The notes under the pieces: model-generated
What the model was told of the DNA's origin: nothing
Seen by the model: only the letters and a program-made list of their open reading frames with translations
The model's database searches: none
Assembly: GCF_000829235.1 (NCBI RefSeq)
Contig: NZ_AP012549.1
Span: 570,001-602,000 of the forward strand
Length of the DNA: 32,000 nt
Origin: a cyanobacterium endosymbiont of Epithemia turgida isolate EtSB Lake Yunoko
GTDB taxonomy: Bacteria; Cyanobacteriota; Cyanobacteriia; Cyanobacteriales; Microcystaceae
Direction of reading: 5' to 3'
Shown here: piece by piece, positions 19,147 through 26,954 of the stretch
Layout: each line of letters starts with the position of its first letter
How positions within the stretch are numbered: position 1 is the stretch's first letter
Made by a program: the position numbers and the translations under genes

Positions 19147-20571
19147 ATGACTTCCACTCTTTTTATTAAACCCATGTCCATTAGAGTATTTAACTCTAAT
19201 AGTGTATCCGTGATAACATCAGCTGGGATTCATGCGTTGTTGTTAGGTCTGCTGCTTCCTAACTTAACTGACTTAAACCCATTACAAAAGTCGGACCATC
19301 ATAATCAACGTGATGTTGAAATAATCGAATTAACCTCTGCTGAAATAACACGTTTACCAGATCAGTTGCCATTGTTGGATATACATAACTTTCCTAAGAG
19401 TTTCCCCACCGATATACCCGTCTTAGACTCTTTTTCCTTAAGCCCTTCCGCCGCGCCCAACACTTTTAATGCTTTACCCGCGTTACCAGCTTTACCCGCA
19501 CCTCCTGCTTTACCCGCGTTACCAGCTCTTCCGTCCCTAAATTCTGCTCGTCCTTCTTTTCCTAGACCACTTCCTAAACCACAACGATCACTACCAACTT
19601 CTTCTCTTCCAAATCTTCCTTCAAGACTGTCTCTCTCCCCTCAGCCTACTTCTAAGCTGGACAACTCCCAATCTTCAACTTCTAGATTTCCACCTATTTC
19701 TAAAAAACCAGATTTTGGTCTGTCGAAAGCTCCAGTTACCATTGATCAATTAATTAATCAAGATAGAGGTGATCTTGACCACACACCTACTTTACAAAAA
19801 CCTATTTTTCGTAATGTTACGCCCCCTAAAATAGCTTTCAATGCAGAGCAAGCCCGAAAAGATAGACTGATCAATAATTTATTACGTGAGACAATTGAAG
19901 GAGCAGACAATCTTCGTTATAACAAGAATAATACAACTAATGAAGATGCAAGACGCAATGATGTCCAGTGGATGGCGAAGATAGGCAGTTCTGTTACTAA
20001 AAAAGAGAATTGGCAAGCTTTAAGAGGAGATTATCCCAAAGCAGCTTGTTTAAGACATTTAGAGGGGACAGCCATTTATGGTATCACTGTTAACCCTGAG
20101 GGTAATGTAGCTAAAAATCCTTATCTCATTAAAAGTTCAGGTTATGGACTCTTGAACCAACAAGCTTTTAATCAAATTAAGTCTACTAATTTTAGTACAG
20201 ACGGTCAACTTCAACACTACCGAGTTAGGATATCTTTTAGTCTTGATCCAAAAATTTGTCCTGCTGTTACCCAAAGTCCACAGAACCAACCAGACGAATC
20301 TACAACCCCAGAGACTCCAGTTGAATCAGCAAAACCGACTTCTGATAGCAAGCTCGAGCCAACAATTCGAGAAATGTCAATCCCAGAGACTCCAGTTGAA
20401 TCAGCAAAACCGACTTCTGATAGCAAGCTCGAGCCGACAATTCGAGAAATGTCAACCCCAGAGACTCCAGTTAAGTCAGCAAAACCGACTTCTGATAGCA
20501 AGCTCGAGCCGACTACTATTCCAACCTTTAGCCAAAATACTCCCCCTCTCCCTCCTAGTATTAAAAAATAG
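19147..20571 (+). CDS. TonB-family protein: N-terminal TM segment, Pro-rich spacer, TonB_C-like domain, and an unusual repeat-containing C-terminal extension
   Basis: 474-aa ORF with the TM segment ITSAGIHALLLGLLLP, the Pro-rich run ALPALPALPAPPALPALPALPSL (36-bp direct repeat at 19471-19527), and the TonB_C-like stretch YPKAACLRHLEGTAIYGITVNPEGNVAKNPYLIKSSGYGLLNQQAFNQIKSTNF...HYRVRISF. About 110 further residues follow. Confidence 0.75.
   Translation: MTSTLFIKPMSIRVFNSNSVSVITSAGIHALLLGLLLPNLTDLNPLQKSDHHNQRDVEIIELTSAEITRLPDQLPLLDIHNFPKSFPTDIPVLDSFSLSPSAAPNTFNALPALPALPAPPALPALPALPSLNSARPSFPRPLPKPQRSLPTSSLPNLPSRLSLSPQPTSKLDNSQSSTSRFPPISKKPDFGLSKAPVTIDQLINQDRGDLDHTPTLQKPIFRNVTPPKIAFNAEQARKDRLINNLLRETIEGADNLRYNKNNTTNEDARRNDVQWMAKIGSSVTKKENWQALRGDYPKAACLRHLEGTAIYGITVNPEGNVAKNPYLIKSSGYGLLNQQAFNQIKSTNFSTDGQLQHYRVRISFSLDPKICPAVTQSPQNQPDESTTPETPVESAKPTSDSKLEPTIREMSIPETPVESAKPTSDSKLEPTIREMSTPETPVKSAKPTSDSKLEPTTIPTFSQNTPPLPPSIKK
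20307..20515 (+). repeat. 75-bp tandem repeat, 2.8 copies, in frame within the 3' end of the TonB-family gene
   Basis: Copies are at 20307-20381, 20382-20456 and 20457-about 20515. Copy 1 and copy 2 differ at 2 of 75 positions. Each encodes PETPVESAKPTSDSKLEPTIREMS(I/T). Confidence 0.95.
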
Positions 20572-20691
20572 GTAACTCCAGTCAATTCAGAAAACTTTCA
20601 GCTGAACCTGTCCAATGATGTTTAGATAACCTATTACGAATTTTGAAAGTTATTTAGCAATTATCGTCCAAAACCTCTAGGAGAGAAACCC

Positions 20692-20724
20692 TTGACAAGG
20701 ATATTAAATTTCAAGTACTATAAT
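20692..20724 (+). promoter_or_regulatory. Candidate sigma70-type promoter for tRNA-Ala
   Basis: Consensus TTGACA (20692-20697) and consensus TATAAT (20719-20724) lie 18 nt upstream of the tRNA, but the spacer is 21 nt. An alternative -10 is TACTAT (20716-20721), with an 18-nt spacer. Confidence 0.35.
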
Positions 20725-20741
20725 GGGTGGATGTTATATTA

Positions 20742-20814
20742 GGGGCTATAACTCAGTTGGTAGAGTGTCACAATGGCATTGTGAAAGTCAGCGGTTCGAG
20801 TCCGCTTAGCTCCA
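20742..20814 (+). tRNA. tRNA-Ala (anticodon GGC)
   Basis: 73-nt cloverleaf folded by hand: acceptor GGGGCTA/TAGCTCC with the G3:U70 Ala identity pair, D arm ACTC-AGTTGGTA-GAGT, anticodon arm TCACA-ATGGCAT-TGTGA, T arm AGCGG-TTCGAGT-CCGCT, discriminator A. CCA is not encoded. Confidence 0.9.
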
Positions 20815-20918
20815 TCTAGAAATAAGAGAGAAATTCAAGATGAAGATGGATATATGCTTCGTCGTTCGTATTGGTAATTTGTTATTACTAATTCTTTAAG
20901 GTTTTTTAGACCAGAGGA

Positions 20919-22044
20919 TCATGCCGCTTTAGCTTGGGTTTGTTCTTGGAGAAATTTGATAATTGACGCTTTTTCTAAAAATCCTAATACAATGCCATTT
21001 TTTTGAATAACAGTTAGTTACTGACAAGGGTTATTTTCTAAAATCTTTACTACTTCTAACAAAGATTTATCCGCTTCTATCATGGTTAGACCATCATTGA
21101 TGGGCTGCATTATTTCTGAAATTTTTGACTGAGTCCATTGGGAAGTAGAAATTTTATTCAGAGCGTCTAGTTCAAGAATTCCTGATAGTTTGCCTTCTGT
21201 ATTAGTGATTAAAAATTTCTTCCACTTCCTCTTGCCAATCACATAATCATTAACAAATTGTCTCAGGTTAAAACTATCAGGAACTACGGGACTACAAGGA
21301 ATCACTACATCTTGGCTGTATAAACACTTAAAGTTTCTTGAAACCTAGCATATTTACCAAAAAATACTGCATTTTGTAATAAAAAAAACCAATTAATAAT
21401 GTCCAGCAATTTCTAATAGGACTAATTCCTGAAATTGCTAAAGCACTGATAGCAACAGCTGACCAACCGAAAACTTGTCCAACACGACTAGCAAAAATAA
21501 TCCCTTTATTTGAGTTTCCAGTGATTTTCCAAACTAATTCTTTAAGAATATTGCCACCATCTAAAGGGTATACCAGGAATTAAGTTAAATAATCCTAGAA
21601 TTAAGTTAATTGAAGTAAGTAGTGAAATAATCGATGTAATTGGTGCACTAAAAGAAAAGTTAATTTGAATTAGGTTTAGTTTAGCAAAGATTGCTAAACT
21701 AACAATAGGTCCCGCAATCGCTACTAAGAATGCTCCCAAGGGTGTCTCAGATTCTTTTTCTAAATTAGCTAATTCCACAAATAAAAATAAGGTAATGGAC
21801 TTAACATTAATCCCTTGGGAAAGTGCAACAAAACTGTGCCCCAATTCATGAAAGACCACAGAAGAAAACAGTAACATTGTAGCAAAAAAAAACAAAATCC
21901 AAGGTACAATCTCTACTAATTGGGGAAATAATGTTAACTGTCTCCCCTCCCATAACTGACGGCAACTAACCCCAGAACTAGAAACCAAGAAGGATTCACA
22001 TAAAAAGAAATTCCGAATAAATTGCCAACCCTTATATTATTCAT
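20919..22044 (-). pseudogene. Site-2 protease (peptidase M50 with CBS pair), inactivated by about 3 frameshifts and 1 in-frame stop
   Basis: ATG at 22042-22044 (MNNIRVGNLFGISFYVNPSWFLVLGLV). The first frame change is near 21950. It is followed by PWILFFFATMLLFSSVVFHELGHSFVALSQGINVKSITLFLF (HExxH). An extra T near 21565 breaks IPG.PLDGGNILKELVW. A third shift lies near 21310, before the CBS region. TAA at 21015-21017 interrupts ...ENNPCQ*LTVIQKNGIVLGFLEKASIIKFL. Confidence 0.8.
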
Positions 22045-22294
22045 GGGTCGAACCTTCTATTTAATTTGTGAAATTTGTTTTAAGGACTTCACTCTTGTCT
22101 AATCCCATTGTAACGAGATGTAAAATTAATAAACCTTAAAAATAACAGTGAAACCTGTCTTACTAAGTTCGTTTATCTACAGCAATTATGAATTATGCCT
22201 TATGAATTCACGGCTAACCATAGTCTAATCGATACAATGACGGTCTGTTCTTTACAGACAAAAAGATACCACCTATACATAGATTAAAATAACT

Positions 22295-23218
22295 ATGACA
22301 ACTCTAACTCGACGAGATTTTCTAGGAATTGCTGATCTTAATGCTACCGAACTTAAGAATGTTCTAGAATTAGCAGCACATCTTAAAAGTGGGAGACGGT
22401 CACCTATTTCTCAAAAGGTCTTAGGACTTTTATTTTATAAAGTTTCGACCCGCACCCGTGTTTCCTTTAGCGTGGCGATGTATCAGTTAGGAGGACAAGT
22501 GATAGATCTTAATCCTAGTCTTACTCAAGTGGGGAGAGGAGAACCCATTGCCGATACTGCTAGAGTTCTAGATCGCTATTTAGATATTTTAGCCGTTCGT
22601 ACATATAAACAAGAAGACTTAGAAACCTTTGCCAATTATGCGGAAATTCCTATTATTAATGCCTTAACTGACTTGGAACATCCCTGTCAAACTTTAGCCG
22701 ATTTGTTGACAATTCAAGAGAATTTAAACACTCTATCCGGCATTAAGGTTACTTATCTTGGGGATGGCAATAATGTTGCCCATTCTCTAATTTTGGGAGG
22801 AGCATTAATGGGGATGAAAGTTCATATTGCCACTCCTGATGGCTACCAACCAAATAGTCAGATTGTTGAAAAGGCTAAAGAATTAGCAGTAGACGGATTT
22901 GAGGTTATCATAACCAATGACCCTATTGAAGCTGCTAAAAACTCTCAAGTACTTTATACTGATGTTTGGACAAGTATGGGACAAGAAGATTTAGCAGCTT
23001 CAAGAATTCCCTTATTTGAACCCTATCAGGTTAATGAAACTTTACTGCATTATGCTGATAAAGAAGTCATTGTTTTACACTGTTTACCCGCTCATCGTGG
23101 AAAAGAAATTACTAATTCAGTTATTGAAGGGAAACATTCCCGGGTATGGGAGCAAGCAGAAAATAGAATGCATGTCCAAAAAGCATTAATAGTAAGTTTA
23201 CTAGGAATTAATAGTTAA
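22295..23218 (+). CDS. argF: Ornithine carbamoyltransferase
   Basis: Intact 307-aa ORF with the motifs KVSTRTRVSF (STRTR), LEHPCQTLADL (HPxQ), DVWTSMG and HCLPAHRGKEI (HCLP). Confidence 0.93.
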   Translation: MTTLTRRDFLGIADLNATELKNVLELAAHLKSGRRSPISQKVLGLLFYKVSTRTRVSFSVAMYQLGGQVIDLNPSLTQVGRGEPIADTARVLDRYLDILAVRTYKQEDLETFANYAEIPIINALTDLEHPCQTLADLLTIQENLNTLSGIKVTYLGDGNNVAHSLILGGALMGMKVHIATPDGYQPNSQIVEKAKELAVDGFEVIITNDPIEAAKNSQVLYTDVWTSMGQEDLAASRIPLFEPYQVNETLLHYADKEVIVLHCLPAHRGKEITNSVIEGKHSRVWEQAENRMHVQKALIVSLLGINS

Positions 23219-23230
23219 TGGGGGTAAACC

Positions 23231-23542
23231 TTGCGTCAATATTTAAATAAATTAGTTAAAGGCAAAATTTCAGAAATCATTGAACAATCTAGAAATGGGC
23301 TGGAAGTGAGAACTTTATCTGAAGTGGGATACTTACAAGGCTAAAAAAACAGATTAATCGAAGAATTTCAAGAAGCTGCCTAAGCTAATTCTAACAATAT
23401 TTCGCAGGAGTTAGGAGATTTATTTGAAGTTATCGATAATATTCGAATTACTTATGACATTACTTGTGAGAAGGTAATTAATAAACAGCAAAAATAAAAA
23501 CAAGAACGCGGCAGCTGTAATCAATTTCTTCAGTTAATTTAG
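23231..23542 (+). pseudogene. MazG-like/all-alpha NTP pyrophosphohydrolase remnant with three in-frame TAA codons
   Basis: A single frame from TTG 23231 to TAG 23540-23542 reads LRQYLNKLVKGKISEIIEQSRNGLEVRTLSEVGYLQG*KNRLIEEFQEAA*ANSNNISQELGDLFEVIDNIRITYDITCEKVINKQQK*KQERGS... The family call is from remembered motifs (YNKLVRD.IPEII, EL.DL.EV, ERG.F). Confidence 0.45.
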
Positions 23543-23569
23543 ACTAAAACTTAACTCCAGGAATAGTAT

Positions 23570-24600
23570 GAGTATGATGTCAATAAGTGTTTTACCAAAA
23601 ATTACCACAGAAGAAAACTTATTAAAAATTGCTAGTATATATATACTCAATCACAAATATTTCACCATAAACAGTCTTACTCACTCAATATGATGCCGAA
23701 ATCTTCAAACAAGTTTTTAAAGCAACGAGTAATTTCGGGTTATTGAGGTTGAATGTTCCTTAACAATAAGACGGCGAGAGGTATTTAAACAGCGAGGGGT
23801 ATTTAAACTTAACCTATCGTCACTTTCAGATTTGAGTGTCTTAGAATACTAAGACATTAGCTTTCTTGCAAACTCAACATCAGGATGTTGTCTCAAAGTT
23901 GATATTGAATCTTAATGTTATTTTCATATCAATCTATCTAGCCTTAATGGCTATTGCAGAAATTTTAGTATAAATAAAATTTACATAATTGTATCGCAAG
24001 GAAACCCCTTAATCTAAACTATCCCAGTGAAAGAGGATATTGCTTAACGGGAAAAGTTTTTTGTATAACAGAATGGAACATCTTTGATGAGTTTATCATC
24101 TTTACAATCTTATCCACCGCAGAAAATTTTTATGGGATGGTCTCTTTGACGGGGTAAAGCTTTAGTATTTCCATGGAATTAGCCGTGATGGGAGTCCTTA
24201 AGACACTAAGTGCAACCCTAACAGACTGGTTTTACTTAGTGATCGTCTAGTCTTTTTATATCTTCTGGAAACCGTTCAAAAAAATGGACTAGAATGTCTT
24301 CTAAGACAGATTGTCATTTGAGAAAACACTAAAGTAGGTTTATATATCCTTAAACAAGTCTATCAAAGAAAACTTTTCTTTTTTTCTTCCTAAGTCTTAG
24401 ATTTTTTAGCAGAAGATGTAACTTGTTGTACGAAGACAATCTTAGAATATTTGTCATTTGATCGAATTCTCCATGAAAAATGGTTACGGTTGCAGGGATA
24501 GGCGATTAATTTGACTCCCAAATACACTCAGACCGTGGCAACAGCCTCTAGTGGGGAAGCAAATTTCTTATACCATCTAGTCCAGCGTGTCTATTGAGAA
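23570..24600 (+). pseudogene. Acyl-CoA dehydrogenase-like gene remnant, heavily degraded
   Basis: Scattered fragments across frames are LPKITTEENLLKIA, FKATSNFGLLRLNVP and NGKKFFVTEWNIFDEFIIFT...FYGMVSL. These resemble the LNG.K.FIT.G..AD.FIVFA region of ACADs. There are many stops. The 3' boundary is uncertain. Confidence 0.35.
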
Positions 24601-24705
24601 GTGTTAATGTTTACAGTATTAGGACAAATTATTTAAACTAAAGAAAACCATTTAGTCAGTTACGTTCCCGATAATTTTGAAAATACAACTGAGAATTGTA
24701 GCACC

Positions 24706-24777
24706 GCAGATGTAGTTTAGTGGTGGAATATCACCTTTTCAATCTGAATGTCATGGGGTCGAGTTTCACCACCTGCT
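24706..24777 (+). pseudogene. Degenerate tRNA-like element (probable tRNA pseudogene; the 5' half resembles bacterial tRNA-Gly(UCC), and the anticodon loop now reads TTTTCAA)
   Basis: 72 nt: acceptor GCAGATG/CACCTGC (one A.C mismatch); D arm GTTT-AGTGGTG-GAAT (2 WC + 2 GU); anticodon stem TCACC/TCTGA (only 3 of 5 pairs); T arm ATGGG-GTCGAGT-TTCAC (position 54 is G; G53:C61 is replaced by G.U). Confidence 0.45.
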
Positions 24778-24779
24778 TT

Positions 24780-25880
24780 TTTGTTTTTTGGGAATAACAA
24801 AATAATACTACTGCTTATTTATTCTGAAAATGTGCCCAAAACAACAGAAATGCCGGGAGATATGTTACAGCAGGTTAAACTAACTATTAAGATTTACTGC
24901 CAAGGAGAAAAATCTTAAACTTCTTGAAAAGAAACGGTTCCAATAAATTTTAATTATGACTCAAATTTTACTGTTTCCCGTTGCCAGGTCCGAGGTTTCT
25001 TCTTCTGAAGGAGGGTAGAGAATAAGTAAGTAATTCCAAATAATTCTTAAAAAGTCAATCACTTTATAATTTTGTATTTAGGTAATTAGACTATAGTTTA
25101 TATTACTTTGATAGATACTTTTTATTTTTTATCAAAACTTTTTTCATTTATCTTAGCTTTATAATTTTTATTTTTGAGTATTATTTAGAAATTTTATAAC
25201 TTTTTGTTTGAACCTATTACTTTTTTATTATATTTAGTTATGAACTATAAGGTTTCAAAAAACACTATATTTATTTTTTTTAAAATTGTAGTTTATACCG
25301 AATTAAACTACTTGTGTAAAGTTATTTTTTATAAATAAAATCACCGCATCTATTCCTTTCTCTCTGTCATAGTTTTTGGTTTGATTTTAATTTTTATTTA
25401 TTTTTTTTGCTATTTTATTTTTTATAAACATATATATAAAATCGAATTTTTACTTTTTTCTCTTTTTTAAAAAATCGAAGAATTGTTAGCTCTTATTAAG
25501 TGCTTGAATCCTTCTAGGAAAGCTATTTAAAATATTCTATATTTTTCTTTATAAGTTTTTTTTCCTTTTCACTTTTTGGAAAATTTTACAATCACTATTT
25601 TCCTTCAGTAATAAATTCATAAATTGTTTTTATCATTGTAATTTTTGAGATATTCACCAACATAATATACAATTTTTTTAGTTTTTTCATCTTGTACCTG
25701 AACATAATGCCTTTATCTCTTATTTAGGAGGAGATTTTTAGATTGAAAGTAGACTTTGACAGGTCTTAAATTTTGTAATTATGTTAGCTGAATTTCTAGG
25801 TAGGTTTTCAGTCAGCTATTGTTTTTAATTTAAGAAATTTACTATTTGATTTGAGTTAAACTGGACCTCTTATAACAAAA
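24780..25880. other. 1.1-kb ORF-free, strongly T-skewed AT-rich tract
   Basis: There is no ORF of 60 aa or more. The line 25381-25440 has 38 T, 18 A and 4 G/C; the line 25141-25200 has 35 T and 17 A. Confidence 0.7.
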
Positions 25881-25885
25881 ACAAT

Positions 25886-25906
25886 AAAAAGAGGGCAAAA
25901 GCCCCC
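25886..25906 (-). terminator. Rho-independent terminator of the 65-aa ORF
   Basis: The minus strand reads GGGGGC-TTTT-GCCCTC followed by TTTTTATTGTTTTTG, starting 10 nt after the stop codon. Confidence 0.7.
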
Positions 25907-25916
25907 GCTAAAAATG

Positions 25917-26114
25917 TTAGTAAGCCAAGGTTTCTAGAGTTTCTCGGAGATAACAACGCACTTGTTGCTCGAAAGGAGAGAAATCATGATCTTTAGTCTG
26001 GCGAGACTGCCACTGTTTAAAACCAGAACAATCAGCAATTGCCTGTTTTAAATGCTCCCAAATTTCATGATTTTGCTCAGATTTACGATTACGGGAGATA
26101 GTTGAGCTCAACAT
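25917..26114 (-). CDS. Small hypothetical protein (65 aa)
   Basis: Intact ORF with its own terminator. The sequence has non-low-complexity composition (…IWEHLKQAIADCSGFKQWQ…VRCYLRETLETLAY). Its function is unknown. Confidence 0.55.
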   Translation of the reverse strand: MLSSTISRNRKSEQNHEIWEHLKQAIADCSGFKQWQSRQTKDHDFSPFEQQVRCYLRETLETLAY

Positions 26115-26249
26115 AAGAATTTCATCAAATGACTAACATTATCTTTCTTTAAGCAAAACTCAGGCAATTCGAGAGATTCTGATAACTTTGAGACAAATTT
26201 TTTAAAATTATGGAGTTTTTGGATAAATTTCTTCAAAAGAGGATGAAAA

Positions 26250-26840
26250 TTAAACCTTGATCGGGAGAATTTTTTGCACGCAAAGTCCACAAACAGTAAA
26301 GTCTTGGAGGATTTTTTCGGTTGCGTAAGGCTCAGTGCTTAGCCATTGTTGTTGAGGAGTCAGGATAATCCCAACAACTGCAATGGGGATTTGAACAAAC
26401 AAATTACTCAATAAAAACCCGATCGCTGCGATAAACAATCCTAGTATTCGCCATTGAGGTAGTGTAGTGACCGTCACTGCGCCTAGGGGGGCGAGTAGAT
26501 AAAGTTCCCATAAAACACCTAACATGGCAAACGCCACGATTATCGTCAAAATTCGGATCTTTCGAGTTTTTAATGACCCTAAAATTTTACGTTGTTCAAC
26601 GGTTAAACTATCAGGATGAAGGGAAAGCAGTAATACACTAAAAAGATCGAAGGGTCGAGTCAACTGCATCAAAAGAGTTGGAACCACCCCAAACACTCCA
26701 ACGATAAAGAGTTCTAGCCAACACAGGGGTAAGGGGTCCCCTATTGCTAGTCCTAACAAAACTAATTGTAAGCTTAAAGGAACAATAGCAATTCCGGCTA
26801 GATGAAGCCATAAAAAAGGTTCCACACGGAAGTTATTCAT
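26250..26840 (-). CDS. Polytopic integral membrane protein of unknown function
   Basis: ORF with 5-6 hydrophobic segments. I prefer the ATG at 26838-26840 (MNNFRVEPFLWLHLAGIAIVPL...) to the track start at 26894, which lies inside the 19-bp tandem repeat. Confidence 0.7.
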   Translation of the reverse strand: MNNFRVEPFLWLHLAGIAIVPLSLQLVLLGLAIGDPLPLCWLELFIVGVFGVVPTLLMQLTRPFDLFSVLLLSLHPDSLTVEQRKILGSLKTRKIRILTIIVAFAMLGVLWELYLLAPLGAVTVTTLPQWRILGLFIAAIGFLLSNLFVQIPIAVVGIILTPQQQWLSTEPYATEKILQDFTVCGLCVQKILPIKV

Positions 26841-26851
26841 AACACCAAAAG

Positions 26852-26908
26852 AACATAATTCAGAATAAAGAACATAATTCAGAATAAAGAACATAATTCA
26901 GAATAAAG
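26852..26908. repeat. Perfect 19-bp tandem repeat, 3 copies
   Basis: aacataattcagaataaag occurs at 26852-26870, 26871-26889 and 26890-26908. This is ctttattctgaattatgtt on the minus strand. Confidence 0.95.
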
Positions 26909-26946
26909 AGTCCATAATAGCTTATAAACTAGCTATTATGGACTCT
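26907..26946 (-). terminator. Terminator hairpin of the rimP-nusA-ylxR-infB operon
   Basis: Perfect 16-bp stem, agagtccataatagct (26907-26922) / agctattatggactct (26931-26946), with an 8-nt loop. It begins 8 nt after the infB stop and is followed on the minus strand by T-rich sequence (ctttattctg...). Confidence 0.75.
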
Positions 26947-26954
26947 TTGTTGTT

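Noticed and set aside
20217-20585. ORFs 20217-20585(-) and 20243-20575(+) overlapping the 3' end of the TonB-family gene.
   Set aside because: They are kept open only because the 75-bp tandem repeat lacks stops in several frames. Their products are repeat echoes with no independent support.
21018-21988. ORFs 21018-21305 (CBS) and 21542-21988 (M50) as two functional split genes.
   Set aside because: The N-terminus (22044-21989) and the middle segment (21565-21310) lie in other frames with no start codons, and the HExxH fragment lacks its own native start. The pattern is frameshift decay, not a gene split.
23231-23542. Reassignment or read-through of TAA as an explanation for the three in-frame TAA codons.
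   Set aside because: TAA is used as the genuine stop of infB and other intact genes in this window. Neighbouring pseudogenes also carry TGA and TAG stops and frameshifts.
26108-26290. 60-aa ORF (MDFACKKFSRSRFNFHPLLKKF...) between the membrane-protein gene and the 65-aa ORF.
   Set aside because: It is Lys/Phe-rich and low-complexity, overlaps the ends of both neighbouring genes, has no RBS-like sequence, and sits at the minimum reported length.
26841-26894. N-terminal extension of the membrane-protein ORF (MFFILNYVLYSELCSFGV).
   Set aside because: It is encoded entirely by the 19-bp tandem repeat. The in-frame ATG is one of three repeat-borne ATGs. The downstream ATG at 26840 starts a sensible N-terminus (MNNFRVEPFLW...).
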